64,000 bases of DNA from Elusimicrobiota bacterium. Lineage in GTDB: Bacteria; Elusimicrobiota; UBA5214; JBBAAG01. The stretch is from the NCBI GenBank assembly GCA_041658405.1, contig JBBAAG010000006.1, positions 6,004-70,003 on the forward strand. The letters are read 5' to 3'. Positions 63,376 through 64,000 of this stretch are shown piece by piece. Each line of letters starts with the position of its first letter. Within the stretch, counting starts at the first letter, position 1. Position numbers and translations under genes: made by a program. The notes beneath the pieces are model-generated. The model saw only the letters and a list, made by a program, of their open reading frames with translations, searched no databases and had not been told where the DNA came from.

Positions 63376-64000
63376 ATGTATCAATACAACAAAAATATCG
63401 GATATTTACTTGCTGCAGTTTTATTAATGTTGCCAATATCTGTATATGCGCGGGTGGATTCAATAGATATTACAGACGGCGGGATTACAGATTATAATAA
63501 TGCTGCATACATGCTGGTATTAAACGATCCTAAGGAAACAAGTACTTTCGCTGATATTGACGATGTTTATACCGCACACACATCAACACAATTGTACATA
63601 AGTTTTAAAAATCAAGCTAAACTCAATAAAGGCGCAGCTGGGCGTAACACTTACGATTATTTTATCTATATAGATAAAGACCAGTCTGCCGGTACGGGGT
63701 ATCCTATAAACGGTGCAGGCGCGGATTATTTGCTTACTGCCAACGTGATTACTGTTGACGGTATACGCGTAAAAACCAGTAAATTAAAAAAATGGGACGG
63801 GTACAGTTGGAGTATTTCAACCTCCACAAACCTTGAAGCGTATACTCAGGATACGGGTTCGTATGCAGTGGAATTTAAAATAAACTGGACAGAACTCAAC
63901 GGCGCGGATGGTGATTCTCATACAGGCTTGCCTCCCACCGGCAGAATGAACTTCGTGTTTTATGCTGAGATAAACGGTGCTAGCGGCGATTATGCGCCGG
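63376..64000 (+). CDS. secreted protein, 5' partial (runs off window end)
   Basis: ATG at 63376. Signal peptide MYQYNKNIGYLLAAVLLMLPISVYA. The frame is open to the window end. It is beta-rich and may be carbohydrate-binding-like. It is missing from the ORF track because it has no stop. Confidence 0.55.
   Translation, partial: MYQYNKNIGYLLAAVLLMLPISVYARVDSIDITDGGITDYNNAAYMLVLNDPKETSTFADIDDVYTAHTSTQLYISFKNQAKLNKGAAGRNTYDYFIYIDKDQSAGTGYPINGAGADYLLTANVITVDGIRVKTSKLKKWDGYSWSISTSTNLEAYTQDTGSYAVEFKINWTELNGADGDSHTGLPPTGRMNFVFYAEINGASGDYAP

Overview
Dense bacterial chromosomal window (about 40% GC, roughly 90% coding) with 50-55 protein genes and one tRNA-Asn(GTT). There are no rRNA genes, CRISPR arrays or transposases. 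The secretome points to an FCB-superphylum-like lineage: a T9SS-type C-terminal sorting domain, divergent InlB/Listeria-Bacteroides repeats, PKD, a TonB-dependent receptor and many signal peptides. The main observations are listed below. (1) A roughly 18.6 kb co-directional cluster at 2980-21568: ECF sigma, anti-sigma, a 1869-aa protein with two Kelch arrays, three Fn3-like modules (two in tandem) and a T9SS-type CTD, a PorV-like barrel fused to a transglutaminase-like domain, a metallophosphoesterase-PQQ propeller, GDPD, a 646-aa polytopic membrane protein, an OMF and an RND pump with no periplasmic adaptor gene. (2) The triad large secreted protein / OM barrel / MPE-PQQ fusion occurs a second time at 30466-35314. 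(3) A glycyl-radical enzyme with a Cys-x-Glu thiyl loop plus its activase sits in one tight unit with carboxy(nor)spermidine decarboxylase and dehydrogenase. (4) A DUF3494 ice-binding-family protein lies between two OM beta-barrel genes. (5) A TonB-ExbB-ExbD-ExbD-TBDT-GH127 block of about 6.7 kb is bracketed by direct repeats derived from the 3' end of a flavodoxin gene; the apparently full-length copy lacks a start codon. (6) A roughly 100-nt intergenic element encoding a conserved hydrophobic mini-ORF occurs twice. Other genes include DUF1846, a CDF transporter, PL22-like and GHL-like enzymes, a MacB-like ABC/FtsX cluster, 2-oxoacid:ferredoxin oxidoreductase alpha/beta, and an FG-GAP protein without a signal peptide. 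All functional calls are from motif recognition by eye; no database search was run.
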